Of a stretch of 64,000 nucleotides of DNA, positions 39,191 to 49,107 are shown piece after piece. The notes beneath the pieces were generated by a model. The model did not search any database. It saw nothing but the letters and a program-made list of their open reading frames with translations, and had not been told where the DNA came from. Location of the stretch: NCBI GenBank assembly GCA_022820665.1, contig JAJEFB010000004.1:60870-124869 (forward strand). The letters run 5' to 3'. Positions within the stretch are counted from its first letter, which is position 1. The number at the start of each line of letters is the position of its first letter. The translations under genes were made by a program, and so were the position numbers. The stretch comes from Anaerolineae bacterium. GTDB taxonomy: Bacteria; Chloroflexota; Anaerolineae; Aggregatilineales; Phototrophicaceae.

Positions 39191-39219
39191 ACTTTAGCGC
39201 ATAAGATGATGTTTGTCAA
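39191..39219 (-). promoter_or_regulatory. Promoter of the LacI-like gene 38115..39161
   Basis: On the minus strand: TTGACA (39219-39214), 17-nt spacer, TAAAGT (39196-39191). Confidence 0.5.
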
Positions 39220-39300
39220 ACGGATTGATCATGCTCGCAGGGCAATCGCATTAAATTGTTTTTTCACCACAGGTCGCGCAGACACCGACCGGCAAAGCGC

Positions 39301-39325
39301 GTAGGGGCGACCAATCTGGTCGCCC
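39301..39325. repeat. 25-nt palindromic REP-like element (GTAGGGGCG family)
   Basis: gtaggggcgaccaatctggtcgccc. Differs by one nt from the 52212 copy. Confidence 0.7.
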
Positions 39326-39443
39326 GCCGATAAATCGATGAGTTGCGGCATAGTGCCCTCGGTGGTTACGAAAAATCCAGTTTCGCCTCATGCCAGTCGC
39401 CATCGTTTGAAGCGATTGACTTGCGTCAGACGACGAGCGGACT

Positions 39444-39471
39444 TTGACATTTCCTCGCCTTTCGCTATACT
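39444..39471 (+). promoter_or_regulatory. Promoter of the DapA-like/sulfatase operon
   Basis: TTGACA (39444-39449), 16-nt spacer, TATACT (39466-39471). The track's TTG start at 39444 is this -35 box. Confidence 0.55.
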
Positions 39472-39478
39472 CTTCCGC

Positions 39479-39492
39479 TGAAAACGTTTTCA
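39479..39492. promoter_or_regulatory. LacI-family operator (perfect palindrome)
   Basis: TGAAAACGTTTTCA fits the TGnAAnCGnTTnCA LacI/GalR consensus. Starts 8 nt after the -10 hexamer. Confidence 0.6.
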
Positions 39493-39518
39493 AAAGCGAT
39501 CGCTTCCGGAGATTGGCT

Positions 39519-40442
39519 ATGCCCGATTATCAGGCGCCTGACGGCGCATATCCTATTCTGCTGACCGCCTTTGACGAGAATGATGCGCTCGATTTGCCAG
39601 CCATCAGCAGCTTGCTCGACTTTTATAAGGATGTTGGCGTTCCCGGCGTGCTGGCTTTGGGTCAGGCGAGCGAGGTGCTCTATCTCGATGACGACGAACG
39701 TTTGACAGTAGCGCAGCATGTGGCGGATCACCCCACTGGCGACTTGACCATCGCTACGGTCGGCAACTTCGGCGCGACGCTGTCCGAGCAGGCAGCTTGC
39801 TTGCGGAGGATCTACGACATGGGCAGCGATCTTGCGGTGGTTGCGCTGTCCCTGTTGCCCAGCGCGCAGAATCTGGACGAGCAGTTGCTTGCGATTGCTT
39901 CCCTGGTCGGCGCTCATGTGCGGCTGGGCATATATGAACTGCCGCAGCCGGAGCACCGCCTGCTGACGCCGGCCGAAGTCGGGCGAGTGGCGGCCAGCGG
40001 TCGATATTATTTCATGAAGGATACCTGTCGCGAAATCGCGCCATTCAGCGCCAAGGTGAGAGCCGCTGCCGGCAGCAAGCTCAAGCTCTTTCAAGCCAAT
40101 CTCAAAGTCCTGCCGCCGTCTATGGAAGCCGGCAGCCGCGGATTCTGCGGCTGGCTGCCTATGGTTTCTCCCGAATTGAGCGCGCAAGTCTGCGATTTGT
40201 CGCTGCCGGGGGAGATCCGCAAGGAAGCGCACCAGCGGTTGGTGGCTTTCAACGAGGTCATGGTGGCGCAGGGCTTTCCCGCTTCGGCGAAGCATATCCT
40301 GGCGGGACGCGGCGTCGCGATTCAAGCCTGGAGCCGGGCTGAATCGGCGCGGCGATTCTGCGAGTCGGGAGCGGCGGCTCTGGACCAATACATCGCGGAA
40401 AACGAGCCCTTTACGGCGGTCGCGATGGCGGAGACTCGATGA
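39519..40442 (+). CDS. DapA/DHDPS-family protein
   Basis: Start set at ATG 39519 (MPDYQAPDGAYPILLTAFDENDALD...VPGVLALGQASEVLYL). Confidence 0.75.
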   Translation: MPDYQAPDGAYPILLTAFDENDALDLPAISSLLDFYKDVGVPGVLALGQASEVLYLDDDERLTVAQHVADHPTGDLTIATVGNFGATLSEQAACLRRIYDMGSDLAVVALSLLPSAQNLDEQLLAIASLVGAHVRLGIYELPQPEHRLLTPAEVGRVAASGRYYFMKDTCREIAPFSAKVRAAAGSKLKLFQANLKVLPPSMEAGSRGFCGWLPMVSPELSAQVCDLSLPGEIRKEAHQRLVAFNEVMVAQGFPASAKHILAGRGVAIQAWSRAESARRFCESGAAALDQYIAENEPFTAVAMAETR

Positions 40443-41812
40443 AGCCCAACATCATCGTCTTCTTCAGCGATGACCACGCCGCTTGGGCGCTGCCACCCTA
40501 CGGCAACAGCGAGATCATCGCGCCCCATATCAGCAAGCTGGCTGATGCTGGCGCTGTGATGGAAAATGCCTTCACGCCATGTCCGGTCTGCTCGCCGGCG
40601 CGGGCCTCGTTTTGGACGGGCTTGTATCCCTCACAACACGGCGTGCACGATCATCTGGCGGAGGATGATCCAGAGGTGGGAGCGACGCCCTGGCTGCAAG
40701 GCATTCCGACCCTCGCCGATTACCTGCGCGATGCCGGATACATCAGCGCCATGTGCGGCAAATGGCATTGCGGCGCGGGCGAAACCCCGAAGTCCGGCTT
40801 CGATTACTGGCACAGTTCCTGGCGCAAGACACCCAAGTACAGCGCGATGACCCACAAATACAGCGATCAAGGTCAGGTGGTGGAGCGTACCGGCTACGAT
40901 ACGCGGATCATCACCGACGCCGCCATCGACTTCCTGCGGCGGCGCGACGGCGAGAGACCTTTCTTCCTCTTCATCGGATACGCGACTACGCACAACCCCT
41001 GGATCAATCGCGAAGAAGAGCTGGTTGCGCGCTATCGCAATGCGAGTTTCGACGATATTCCCGACGATAGTCCCTTTGCCTTTGGCGAACCGGGTACGCA
41101 TCCCGTCGCGCCGGATGATCCCGGCGAGGCGCGGGCGCAATACTACGCTTCGGTAACGATGATCGACGAGGCGGTCGGACGGGTGCTGGAGGAACTGGCG
41201 GATCAACGCGATGAAACGCTGGTCGTCTACACTTCCGATCATGGGCTGAACATGGGGCACCACGGCATCTGGGGCAAGGGCAACGGCAGCGAACCGCTGA
41301 ATATGCTCGAGGAATCCATTCGTGTGCCGCTGATCCTCAATCAGGCCGGGGAGATCGCAGGGGGGCAAAGACGCGCCGAGCAAGTCAATCACTGCGACTT
41401 GTTCATGAGCCTGCTGGACTTCGCTGACGCGCGGCCACAAGCGGCGGATCGTTTCCCTGGCAAAAGCTTCCGCGGCATGCTGCTCGGCGAGGGCGATCCA
41501 GCATGGGAGAACAGGACCATCGTCGAATACGGTAATGTCCGCGCGATCCACGACGCGCGTCACAAACTGGTTCAGCGCCGCGATGGCTACCCGAACCTCT
41601 TGCACGACCTGGGGCGCGATCCGCGGGAGACGGTGAATCTCTACCGAGATCCACAGTACCAGGGCGTTGTGAGGCGCTTGACCGGCGCGCTGGAGAGCTT
41701 CTTCGCGGTATACGAAGTAGCGGAGCGCAGCGGACTACGCGGGGACGATCTGCCAGTCCATAACCGGAACGAAGCCTGGCGAAGCAAAAAACGCCTGAGT
41801 AATCCCAACTGA
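40439..41812 (+). CDS. Cys-type (formylglycine) sulfatase, no signal peptide
   Basis: IIVFFSDDHA... and the CSPAR core in TPCPVCSPARASFWTG (C-x-P-x-R). ATGA overlap with the upstream gene. Confidence 0.9.
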   Translation: MKPNIIVFFSDDHAAWALPPYGNSEIIAPHISKLADAGAVMENAFTPCPVCSPARASFWTGLYPSQHGVHDHLAEDDPEVGATPWLQGIPTLADYLRDAGYISAMCGKWHCGAGETPKSGFDYWHSSWRKTPKYSAMTHKYSDQGQVVERTGYDTRIITDAAIDFLRRRDGERPFFLFIGYATTHNPWINREEELVARYRNASFDDIPDDSPFAFGEPGTHPVAPDDPGEARAQYYASVTMIDEAVGRVLEELADQRDETLVVYTSDHGLNMGHHGIWGKGNGSEPLNMLEESIRVPLILNQAGEIAGGQRRAEQVNHCDLFMSLLDFADARPQAADRFPGKSFRGMLLGEGDPAWENRTIVEYGNVRAIHDARHKLVQRRDGYPNLLHDLGRDPRETVNLYRDPQYQGVVRRLTGALESFFAVYEVAERSGLRGDDLPVHNRNEAWRSKKRLSNPN

Positions 41813-42080
41813 GTAACGGAAAACTCACCACAGAGGCGCAGAGACAAATGGCAAAACAATCAAATACATATCGCACAACTGATGACCTATATGAAGCTCA
41901 GAATCTCAAAAGGGGATTGCTGATCAACTTCAATTTACGATTTTTGAGAGAAGGAGCGGGTAGTCCTTTTGTTCTCTCCTCTGCCCTCGCTGTGTCTCTT
42001 TGGTGAATTCCCCACTTTTTTGGGATATAGCGGCCAGATTTACATGACTGACCTGGACTTTCTTCCGGTGAAAGGCTCTT

Positions 42081-43244
42081 ATGAAAATAACAGCGATTCA
42101 TGACCGGGTCGTGCCCATACGCTCGGATATCCGCAACGCCTTCATCGACTTCTCGCAGATGACCGCTTCAATCGTCGGCATCCAGAGCGATGTCATACGC
42201 GCTGGCGCGCCACTGATTGGCTATGGCTTCAACTCCAATGGGCGCTACTCGCAGAGCGGCATCCTGCGCGATCGCGTCATTCCCCGCCTGCTGGCGGCGC
42301 AGCCCGGGGCGCTGCTCAACGACGATGACAGCAATTTTGATCCCGCCAAAGCCTGGGACATCATGATGAGCAACGAAAAGCCGGGCGGTCATGGCGAGCG
42401 CTCGGTGGCGGTGGGCGTCGTCGATATGGCGCTCTGGGATCTGGTCGCCAAGATCGAAGACGTCCCGCTTTATCGTTTGCTGGGCCAGCGCTACCGCGGC
42501 GGCCAGGTCGACGACGATGTCTTCGTCTATGCCGCGGGCGGCTATTATTACCCGGGCAAGGATCTGGGCGCGCTGCAAGAGGAAATCAAGACTTATCTCG
42601 GTCTGGGTTATAACAGGGTCAAGATCAAGATCGGCGGCGCGCCGCTGGCGGAGGACCTCAAACGCATCGAGGCGGTCATTGACATCGTCGGGGACGGAAA
42701 GCGCCTGGCCGTCGATGCCAACGGGCGCTTCGACCTGAAGGAGGCGCTGGCTTACGCCCAAGCCCTGGAGTCATACGACCTGTTCTGGTACGAGGAGCCG
42801 GGCGATCCCCTCGACTATCTGCTAAACGCCGCGCTGGCGGCTTCGACCAGCTTGCCGCTGGCGACGGGCGAAAACCTTTTTTCGACCATCGACGCGGCCA
42901 ACTTGATCCGCTACGGCGGCATGAGGCCCGATAAGGATTTCCTGCAAATGGATCCCGCGCTCAGCTACGGTTTGGTGGAATACCTGCGCACGCTGGACAT
43001 GCTAAGCAATTACGGCTGGTCCCCCCGGCGCTGCATCCCGCACGGCGGTCACCAGTTCGCCTTGCATATCGCCGCCGGTTTGGGGCTCTTCGGCAATGAA
43101 TCCTACCCCCATGTTTTCCAGCCCTTTGGCGGCTTCGGCGACGATATCGCCGTGCGGAACGGGCGAATTCAGCCGCCGCAGGCGCCCGGAATCGGCTTTG
43201 AACTGAAAGCCGACCTGATGAGAGAATTCGACGGGCTTTTCTAA
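42081..43244 (+). CDS. Enolase-superfamily enzyme (mandelate racemase subgroup-like dehydratase)
   Basis: 387 aa, with KIKIGG, VDANGRF and WYEEPGDP barrel blocks. Confidence 0.8.
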   Translation: MKITAIHDRVVPIRSDIRNAFIDFSQMTASIVGIQSDVIRAGAPLIGYGFNSNGRYSQSGILRDRVIPRLLAAQPGALLNDDDSNFDPAKAWDIMMSNEKPGGHGERSVAVGVVDMALWDLVAKIEDVPLYRLLGQRYRGGQVDDDVFVYAAGGYYYPGKDLGALQEEIKTYLGLGYNRVKIKIGGAPLAEDLKRIEAVIDIVGDGKRLAVDANGRFDLKEALAYAQALESYDLFWYEEPGDPLDYLLNAALAASTSLPLATGENLFSTIDAANLIRYGGMRPDKDFLQMDPALSYGLVEYLRTLDMLSNYGWSPRRCIPHGGHQFALHIAAGLGLFGNESYPHVFQPFGGFGDDIAVRNGRIQPPQAPGIGFELKADLMREFDGLF

Positions 43245-43275
43245 TGGCGCGGGACTATACAGCCAGGACGGCCGC

Positions 43276-44040
43276 ATGATCGCCTTTGTCACCTTCTACA
43301 TGGATGTCACGGCGCGGACGATGGAGGACATTCATCGGACGACCTCGACCATCACCGTGACCGAGCCGCAGAAATACATCCAGACCATGTTCGCTTCGGC
43401 CAGGCGATTCCACAGCCAATGCCGGCAAGTCATACTTAGCGACCGGGGCACGCTCTTCCCCCCGCATCCGGGTACCGATATCATCCGCTTCGATCTCGAT
43501 GCCGAGAGCCCGATGATGTCGCGGTCTATCGCCTGGCTTGCATATGTCGAGGAGGCGGCGGAGCACACGATATTTCTGGATTCCGATATCCTGATTAATG
43601 GCGATCTGTCTCCGGTCTTCGACTACGACTTCGATGTATCACTGACTTACCGCAATGAGGACAAATGGCCCATCAACGCCGGCATCAATTTCGCGCATAG
43701 ACAGCGCATCGACGGCGCCGCGCGCTTCCACAGGCGCTGGCTGCGGCGCTTCCGCAGCCAGCATCATGGCAGGGGTGTTTGGGGTGGCGATCAAGACGCC
43801 CTGCGCGAGATCTTCAGCGCCGTGGACTTCGCCCGCGACGATATCTTTTGCCATGATCTCGACGGCATCAAGGTCTTGTTCCTTCCTTGTTCGACTTACA
43901 ATTTTTCGACATCAATGAAATGCGAGATGGACGGGCATTACCCGGAGAAGAAAGTCTTGCATTTCAAAGGCAGGCGCAAGCCGCATCTGTTTCCCTATTG
44001 GCGTCGCTATATAAAACAAGAAGCGACCGAAAAAGGATAG
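43276..44040 (+). CDS. Nucleotide-diphospho-sugar transferase-like (GT8-like) protein, tentative
   Basis: FLDSDILINGDLSPVF (DxD-type motif) and WGGDQDAL. 254 aa. Confidence 0.45.
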   Translation: MIAFVTFYMDVTARTMEDIHRTTSTITVTEPQKYIQTMFASARRFHSQCRQVILSDRGTLFPPHPGTDIIRFDLDAESPMMSRSIAWLAYVEEAAEHTIFLDSDILINGDLSPVFDYDFDVSLTYRNEDKWPINAGINFAHRQRIDGAARFHRRWLRRFRSQHHGRGVWGGDQDALREIFSAVDFARDDIFCHDLDGIKVLFLPCSTYNFSTSMKCEMDGHYPEKKVLHFKGRRKPHLFPYWRRYIKQEATEKG

Positions 44041-44043
44041 ACG

Positions 44044-47000
44044 ATGGAACTGATTCCCCATATTGACATCATTGAGCCGGAACGCATCGCGGCGCTCTTC
44101 TCGGACCCGCGCAACTACTCCTGGCGCGCGGTGGATTGCGAAACGCTGGATACCTGGTCTCCCGATTTTGGATTGACCGCCTATCCCAAGCCCAGCATTT
44201 ATCGCGCGAACGCTGTCGCCGAATCCGGGCGCTCGTCGACATTGCGCCATCGCTTCTGGCAGACAATCGAGAGCCAAGCCGATCACACCGGTCGGCGCTA
44301 CGTCGGTATCTTGATCTATTGCAAGGCGGGTGAAACCTGCCCGATGGAACTGCGCCTGGCCAGCCAAGAGATCGGGCGCGTGGAGCCGAGCCGGCACGAC
44401 AACCGCCCCCACCTGATTGTGGTCGACAAGCCGGTGCAATTCATGGGCGCGATGGAAGTTTTTCGTTTGACCGCGCCGGGACCCGGGGGCTATCGCATTG
44501 AAGGATTTGTCTTGTTGCGCGAGCGCCCAGAGCCGAGCCGCTTCGCCCCGGAGATCGCGAATTTGACCCTTCGCGCGCAGCGCGCCGAGGACGGGCACTG
44601 GACGGCTCGCTTGCAATTCACCACCTCGCGGCTGGCGCGGGTTGACGCGGTCATCGTCGATAATGAGGCCGCGTTTCGCGCCGAGCGGAGCGCCGAGCCG
44701 GCGCGCCTGCATCATCTTGTTTTTTCCGATTTGCCAGCCGAGCGCAGCTACGAGGTCGCAGTCTCAGCGTCCGACCCCTCCGGTGAATCGTTCACGGAGA
44801 CGCTGGCGTTTTCCACTGCGCAGGCTGAGGCGCCGCTCGCGGAAAAGGTCGCTGTTCCGCTGGAACTGATAAATCTCAACAGGACTGATCTCGCCGGTCT
44901 GCCTTTGACATTTGGACTTCCCTTCAGCAAGGGCGCCGTTCCACAGGTTGAGACTTGCCGCTTGCATGTGGGAGAACAAATCCTGCCGGCGCGGGCGCAA
45001 GCGCAAAGCCACTGGGACGATGGCACGGTACGTTGGGCGCTCGTGGAAAGCCGCGTTCCCCAAGGCTTGGCAGGTGAAGGGTCGCTATCGGCAGAGCTCC
45101 ATGTCAACGCGCCAGACCTGAAAGCGGCCCGGCTGAGCCGAACCGCTTCCGACCGGAGCGACGATGCGCTGCGCTTGAAGGTTTGCGATGATGACCTTGT
45201 GATCGAGAGAGGTCTGAATGAAAACTGGGAAAAAGCCTTGTCACTGTCGGACCTGCGCTTCCAGACGACGTTGAGCAACGGCACGAGGCTGCGGTCGAGC
45301 GCGGTCCGCTGTCTGAGCCGAGATTCTCGCGCTCTCCAGTTCGAGGTCAAGCACGAAGACGAGAGGGGCGTCGCGCACTTGAGAAGCGCGCTGCGCTTGC
45401 GCCTTTACGCTGGGCAAAGGTTCGTCAAGCTGCAGCACCGCCTGGAAGTGATCAGCCCGGCGCTGGCGCCCGCGGCCAATGGCGGCGACTTGCCAGCCGA
45501 ATGTGACGAAGCGATCCGTTCGGTCGTCGTCGGCGAGGGCGGCGAGGAGAGTACCCTGCTCAAGCTGCGCTCCTTTTCCGTCCGCATCCCCTTCTCCGGC
45601 GCGACGGTCCTTCAATACGCCGAGCAAAGTTGGAGCGCCGCCGGCGGCTGGCAACTGCGCCATGATCACGACCTGGCGTACGAAATTGGCGGCGAAAACC
45701 GAGAAGGGAGGGCGCCCGGTCATATTCGAGTTGACGGCGATTCCGGCGCGCTGGGCATCGGCTTGCGGCGCTTCTGGCAGCTTTATCCCAAAGCGCTGTC
45801 GGTGGACGAAGAGGGTATATTGATCCAGCTATTCCCGGAACGGGGCGGCGTCGACCTGCCCGGCGACGAAGACGCGCCCCACCGGCTCTACTTCTGGCTC
45901 GATGACGACGGCTATATCCTGAAATCCGGCATGGCGCTGAGCAATGAAATCCTGCTCGATTTTGGCGGCGATCAGCCAGCCGCATTTGACTGGCTGGAAG
46001 GGGGCGTCCTGGCGCGGCCCGATATCGACTATCTCAATAGTACGGGCGCGCTTTACCCGCTCGGCGCGCGGCGGGATTCGATCTTGCCCGACTACGAGAA
46101 ACTCGCCGACAGCGCCCTGGCGTCTTTCCACGCCGATCGCGAGCATTTCCGCGCTTATGGACAGGTCAACTTCGGCGACTGGTACGGCGAGAGCGGCTGG
46201 TCCTGGGGCAACAACGAATACGACCCGGCTTACTGCGGCTACGCGGAGTTCTTGCGCGGGGGCGATCCGCGCTGGGCAGCCTGGTCGGCCGAGTCGGCGC
46301 GGCACCTGGCTGATGTCGATACGATCAACTTCTCGGGCGATCCCTCGGAAATCGGCGGACAATCCATGCACATGCCCGGGCACCTGGGCGGGTACTTGCC
46401 GCCGCTATTCCGCAGCAAGATGGCGGGGACCAAGACAATTCCCTCGCATACCTGGGTCGAGGGACCCATGCTGCACTATTTGTTGACAGGCGACCACTTT
46501 GTTTATGAATCGCTGCGGAAGACCAGAAACTGGCTTTTGCAGAAACGCTTCTTCGACCATTACGATTTCACGAATGCGCGCGAAGCCGGCTGGCATTTGA
46601 TCCATCTCTGCATGTTGGCCGCGGCGCAAGACGATCCCGACTGCCTGAACGCCGCCTCAATCATCGTCGAGCGGGTTTTGGAACGCGCCGAGCCCGAAGG
46701 CGGCTGGGTACGCAACTTGACCGAAAGTCATTGCGGCTGTGGCTATCCGCGCTGCCGCGGCGAAGCCGGTTTCATGGTCGGCGTTTTGCTCTCCGGCTTG
46801 AAGCGCTATTACAATCTCACGGGGGACCCGCGGGTAAGCGAGGCGATCATTGGCGGGGCGCGCTGGCTGATCCGCGAGACCTTCGACCACGAGAGCGGGC
46901 ACTTCCGATACACCTCCTGCCCCAACCGCACGCTCGGCGGCAACTTTCGCTGTACGCAGTGGGTGCTGGAAGGCTTGGCGGCGGCTTGGGAACTTTCCGG

Positions 47001-47157
47001 CGATGCCGATATCGCCCTGTATGTGAAAAAGGGCTTGCCCGCCATCGGCATGTTTCCCGAATGGATCTCTCATCTGGGCATGGGCAAAGCCATGTCACAG
47101 CAAATGCGCTATGTGCCGACGATTCTGGCGACGCTGGAATCACGACCTCTTGTTTAA
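44044..47157 (+). CDS. Large (1037 aa) cytoplasmic protein. The central and C-terminal part is PcRGLX/YetA-like (polysaccharide-lyase-like beta-sandwich plus alpha/alpha toroid), preceded by a ~270-aa unassigned N-terminal region
   Basis: Clean long ORF. GLPLTFGLPFSKGAVPQVETCRLHVGEQILPARAQAQSHWDDGTVRWALV resembles the first PcRGLX-like domain. NFGDWYGESGWSWGNNEYD plus a helical C-terminus suggests a toroid. The functional call is inference. Confidence 0.5.
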   Translation: MELIPHIDIIEPERIAALFSDPRNYSWRAVDCETLDTWSPDFGLTAYPKPSIYRANAVAESGRSSTLRHRFWQTIESQADHTGRRYVGILIYCKAGETCPMELRLASQEIGRVEPSRHDNRPHLIVVDKPVQFMGAMEVFRLTAPGPGGYRIEGFVLLRERPEPSRFAPEIANLTLRAQRAEDGHWTARLQFTTSRLARVDAVIVDNEAAFRAERSAEPARLHHLVFSDLPAERSYEVAVSASDPSGESFTETLAFSTAQAEAPLAEKVAVPLELINLNRTDLAGLPLTFGLPFSKGAVPQVETCRLHVGEQILPARAQAQSHWDDGTVRWALVESRVPQGLAGEGSLSAELHVNAPDLKAARLSRTASDRSDDALRLKVCDDDLVIERGLNENWEKALSLSDLRFQTTLSNGTRLRSSAVRCLSRDSRALQFEVKHEDERGVAHLRSALRLRLYAGQRFVKLQHRLEVISPALAPAANGGDLPAECDEAIRSVVVGEGGEESTLLKLRSFSVRIPFSGATVLQYAEQSWSAAGGWQLRHDHDLAYEIGGENREGRAPGHIRVDGDSGALGIGLRRFWQLYPKALSVDEEGILIQLFPERGGVDLPGDEDAPHRLYFWLDDDGYILKSGMALSNEILLDFGGDQPAAFDWLEGGVLARPDIDYLNSTGALYPLGARRDSILPDYEKLADSALASFHADREHFRAYGQVNFGDWYGESGWSWGNNEYDPAYCGYAEFLRGGDPRWAAWSAESARHLADVDTINFSGDPSEIGGQSMHMPGHLGGYLPPLFRSKMAGTKTIPSHTWVEGPMLHYLLTGDHFVYESLRKTRNWLLQKRFFDHYDFTNAREAGWHLIHLCMLAAAQDDPDCLNAASIIVERVLERAEPEGGWVRNLTESHCGCGYPRCRGEAGFMVGVLLSGLKRYYNLTGDPRVSEAIIGGARWLIRETFDHESGHFRYTSCPNRTLGGNFRCTQWVLEGLAAAWELSGDADIALYVKKGLPAIGMFPEWISHLGMGKAMSQQMRYVPTILATLESRPLV

Positions 47158-47164
47158 TGAACCA

Positions 47165-47210
47165 TGCCGCTCATGAGACGAGAAGGCTTATTGTTTTACA
47201 TGAGCGCGGC
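47165..47210. repeat. Palindromic intergenic repeat, second copy of the 16461 family
   Basis: tgccgctcatgagacgagaaggcttattgttttacatgagcgcggc. The arms CGCTCATG / CATGAGCG pair perfectly. Confidence 0.6.
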
Positions 47211-47248
47211 AGTTCTTCTCGCTGCCGCCGAGCGGCTGGAAGGAGAAA

Positions 47249-48046
47249 ATGATGACTGATTGGAAGACGCGCCTGGCAATCATCAGCGACGAAGCCGATG
47301 ATTCCTTCCGCGAAGCGGTCGAATTCTGTTTGCCGCTGGGCATCCGCAATTACGAGATACGCAAGCTGGGCGGCGGTCGCTTTCCCAACGTCAGTGACGA
47401 AGCGATTCAAGAAGTGATCGATACCGTCGCCGAATACGACTTGAACCTGATCGGCGTCAGCCCGGGTTTTTTCAAGCACGACCTGGACGAGGCGACAAGC
47501 GAGCAAACGTTTCATGATGGCTTGCCGCGCGCCATCACGCTGATGCGCAAGCTGGGCATGACGCGCATGACGCTCTTTACTTTCAAGCGAGGCAGCGACC
47601 CGGACGCGCCGATTCCCGGGCGGATTTATGACTACCTGGGACGGACAATCGAGATCTGTCGCGGCGAAGGCATCGAAGTTCTGCTGGAAAATGCCGCCAG
47701 CATCTGGAGCAATACCGGCGCCAATCTAGCGAAGATCGCGCGCGAGCTGGGCGCGCGCGTGGTGTGGGATCCAGCGAATGCCGCCGCTTCCGGGGAGCTT
47801 GCCTACCCCGATGGCTACGCCGAGGTCCGCGATCTGATCGCTCATGTTCACTTCAAGAATTGGACCAAGGTGGATGGTTTCGTGGCGATCAAGGACGGCG
47901 TTGCCGACTTGGCCGGACAGGTGGCGGCGCTCAAAGCCGACGGCTACGACGGATATTATTGCCTGGAGCCGCATCAATGGGCCGATCGGCATAATGCTGT
48001 GCGGGCGAACAGCGCGCAACTATTGCAACTCTTGCAAGAGGAATGA
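47249..48046 (+). CDS. Xylose-isomerase-like TIM-barrel protein (sugar-phosphate isomerase/epimerase family)
   Basis: 265 aa with a pattern typical of the AP-endonuclease-2 TIM-barrel family (..LLENAA.., ..HVHFKN.., ..YCLEPH..). Confidence 0.7.
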   Translation: MMTDWKTRLAIISDEADDSFREAVEFCLPLGIRNYEIRKLGGGRFPNVSDEAIQEVIDTVAEYDLNLIGVSPGFFKHDLDEATSEQTFHDGLPRAITLMRKLGMTRMTLFTFKRGSDPDAPIPGRIYDYLGRTIEICRGEGIEVLLENAASIWSNTGANLAKIARELGARVVWDPANAAASGELAYPDGYAEVRDLIAHVHFKNWTKVDGFVAIKDGVADLAGQVAALKADGYDGYYCLEPHQWADRHNAVRANSAQLLQLLQEE

Positions 48047-49107
48047 GGCAGATTATGCAATTCGAGAAGATTCGCGCGATGATCCTTGGCATGGGCGGCA
48101 TCAGCCGAACCATGCTCCGCGCGCTGGAAAGCAAAGCCTGGCATGAACTGGTCGCCGTCGTCGATGTCAACGAAGACGCGCTGCAACAGGCGGGGAGCGA
48201 TTTTTCGCTGCCGGAAGCGGCGCTTTTCACCGACCTGGATTCGGCTTGCCGGAGTTCGTCGGCAAATGTCGTCTTGATCAACACGCCATCCGAACTGCAC
48301 TACGCGCAGAGCAAAACCGCGCTGGAAGCCGGCTTGACGCCGCTGGTCGCCAAACCGCTCGCGAATTGCTTCGCGCATTCCAGGGACCTGGTGAAGCTAG
48401 CTTCCGAGAAGCGCATCAAGCTCTGTGTGGGCCAGCAAATGCGTTATCGCCGGCACTATCTCAGCGCCGCCGAATTTGTGGCGAGCGGCGCTCTCGGGGC
48501 GGTCGAGCAGATTTATTTCCTCAGCGCCAAACCGCGACATCAGGCGCGCAATTTGAAACGCTTCGCGCAACCTGTGCTCTACGAAATGACTTGCCATCAC
48601 CTCGACGTGCTCTTCGCCGTTTTGCCGGACCTGGCGCCGGAATCCGTCATTTGCGATGGCTATATGCCTTCCTGGTCTCCTTACGGCAGCGACTGTATGA
48701 TCAACGGGCTTTTTCGCTTTCATGGCGGCGTGCATATGCTCTATCACGCCGGTTATTCAACGCAATCGAGCTGCTACGAGCTCCGTCTGGAAGGCGCGAA
48801 GGGCGCCCTGCGCTGCCGCGGCATCCATATGTCGAACGATACGATGGATTACGAATTCGCCGAGCGTGGCGGGGACTTCCGCCCGATCGATCTCGACCGG
48901 GGAAGGCCAGCGACCGATCCCTGGAGCCAATTCTTTGACCTCTGGTACGATTATCTCAATGGCGGGGAAGAGCCGCCCTTCAGCGGAAGCAAAAACTTGA
49001 AAATCTTGTCCGTCATCGACGCCGCGATAGCGTCCCTTGAACGAGGCGCTTTCGTCGAGATTGCCAGCGGCGCGACTTGTCAAGCTCTAGCCGAGACCCC
49101 GTCATGA
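48043..49107 (+). CDS. Gfo/Idh/MocA-family oxidoreductase
   Basis: IRAMILGMGGISRTMLRAL Rossmann N-terminus. ATGA overlap with the upstream stop. Confidence 0.8.
   Translation: MRQIMQFEKIRAMILGMGGISRTMLRALESKAWHELVAVVDVNEDALQQAGSDFSLPEAALFTDLDSACRSSSANVVLINTPSELHYAQSKTALEAGLTPLVAKPLANCFAHSRDLVKLASEKRIKLCVGQQMRYRRHYLSAAEFVASGALGAVEQIYFLSAKPRHQARNLKRFAQPVLYEMTCHHLDVLFAVLPDLAPESVICDGYMPSWSPYGSDCMINGLFRFHGGVHMLYHAGYSTQSSCYELRLEGAKGALRCRGIHMSNDTMDYEFAERGGDFRPIDLDRGRPATDPWSQFFDLWYDYLNGGEEPPFSGSKNLKILSVIDAAIASLERGAFVEIASGATCQALAETPS

Noticed and set aside
39444-39518. Track start (TTG 39444) for the DapA-like gene.
   Set aside because: That TTG is the first base of a TTGACA -35 box, which is followed by TATACT and a perfect LacI operator. 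The first plausible initiation codon after the operator is ATG 39519.
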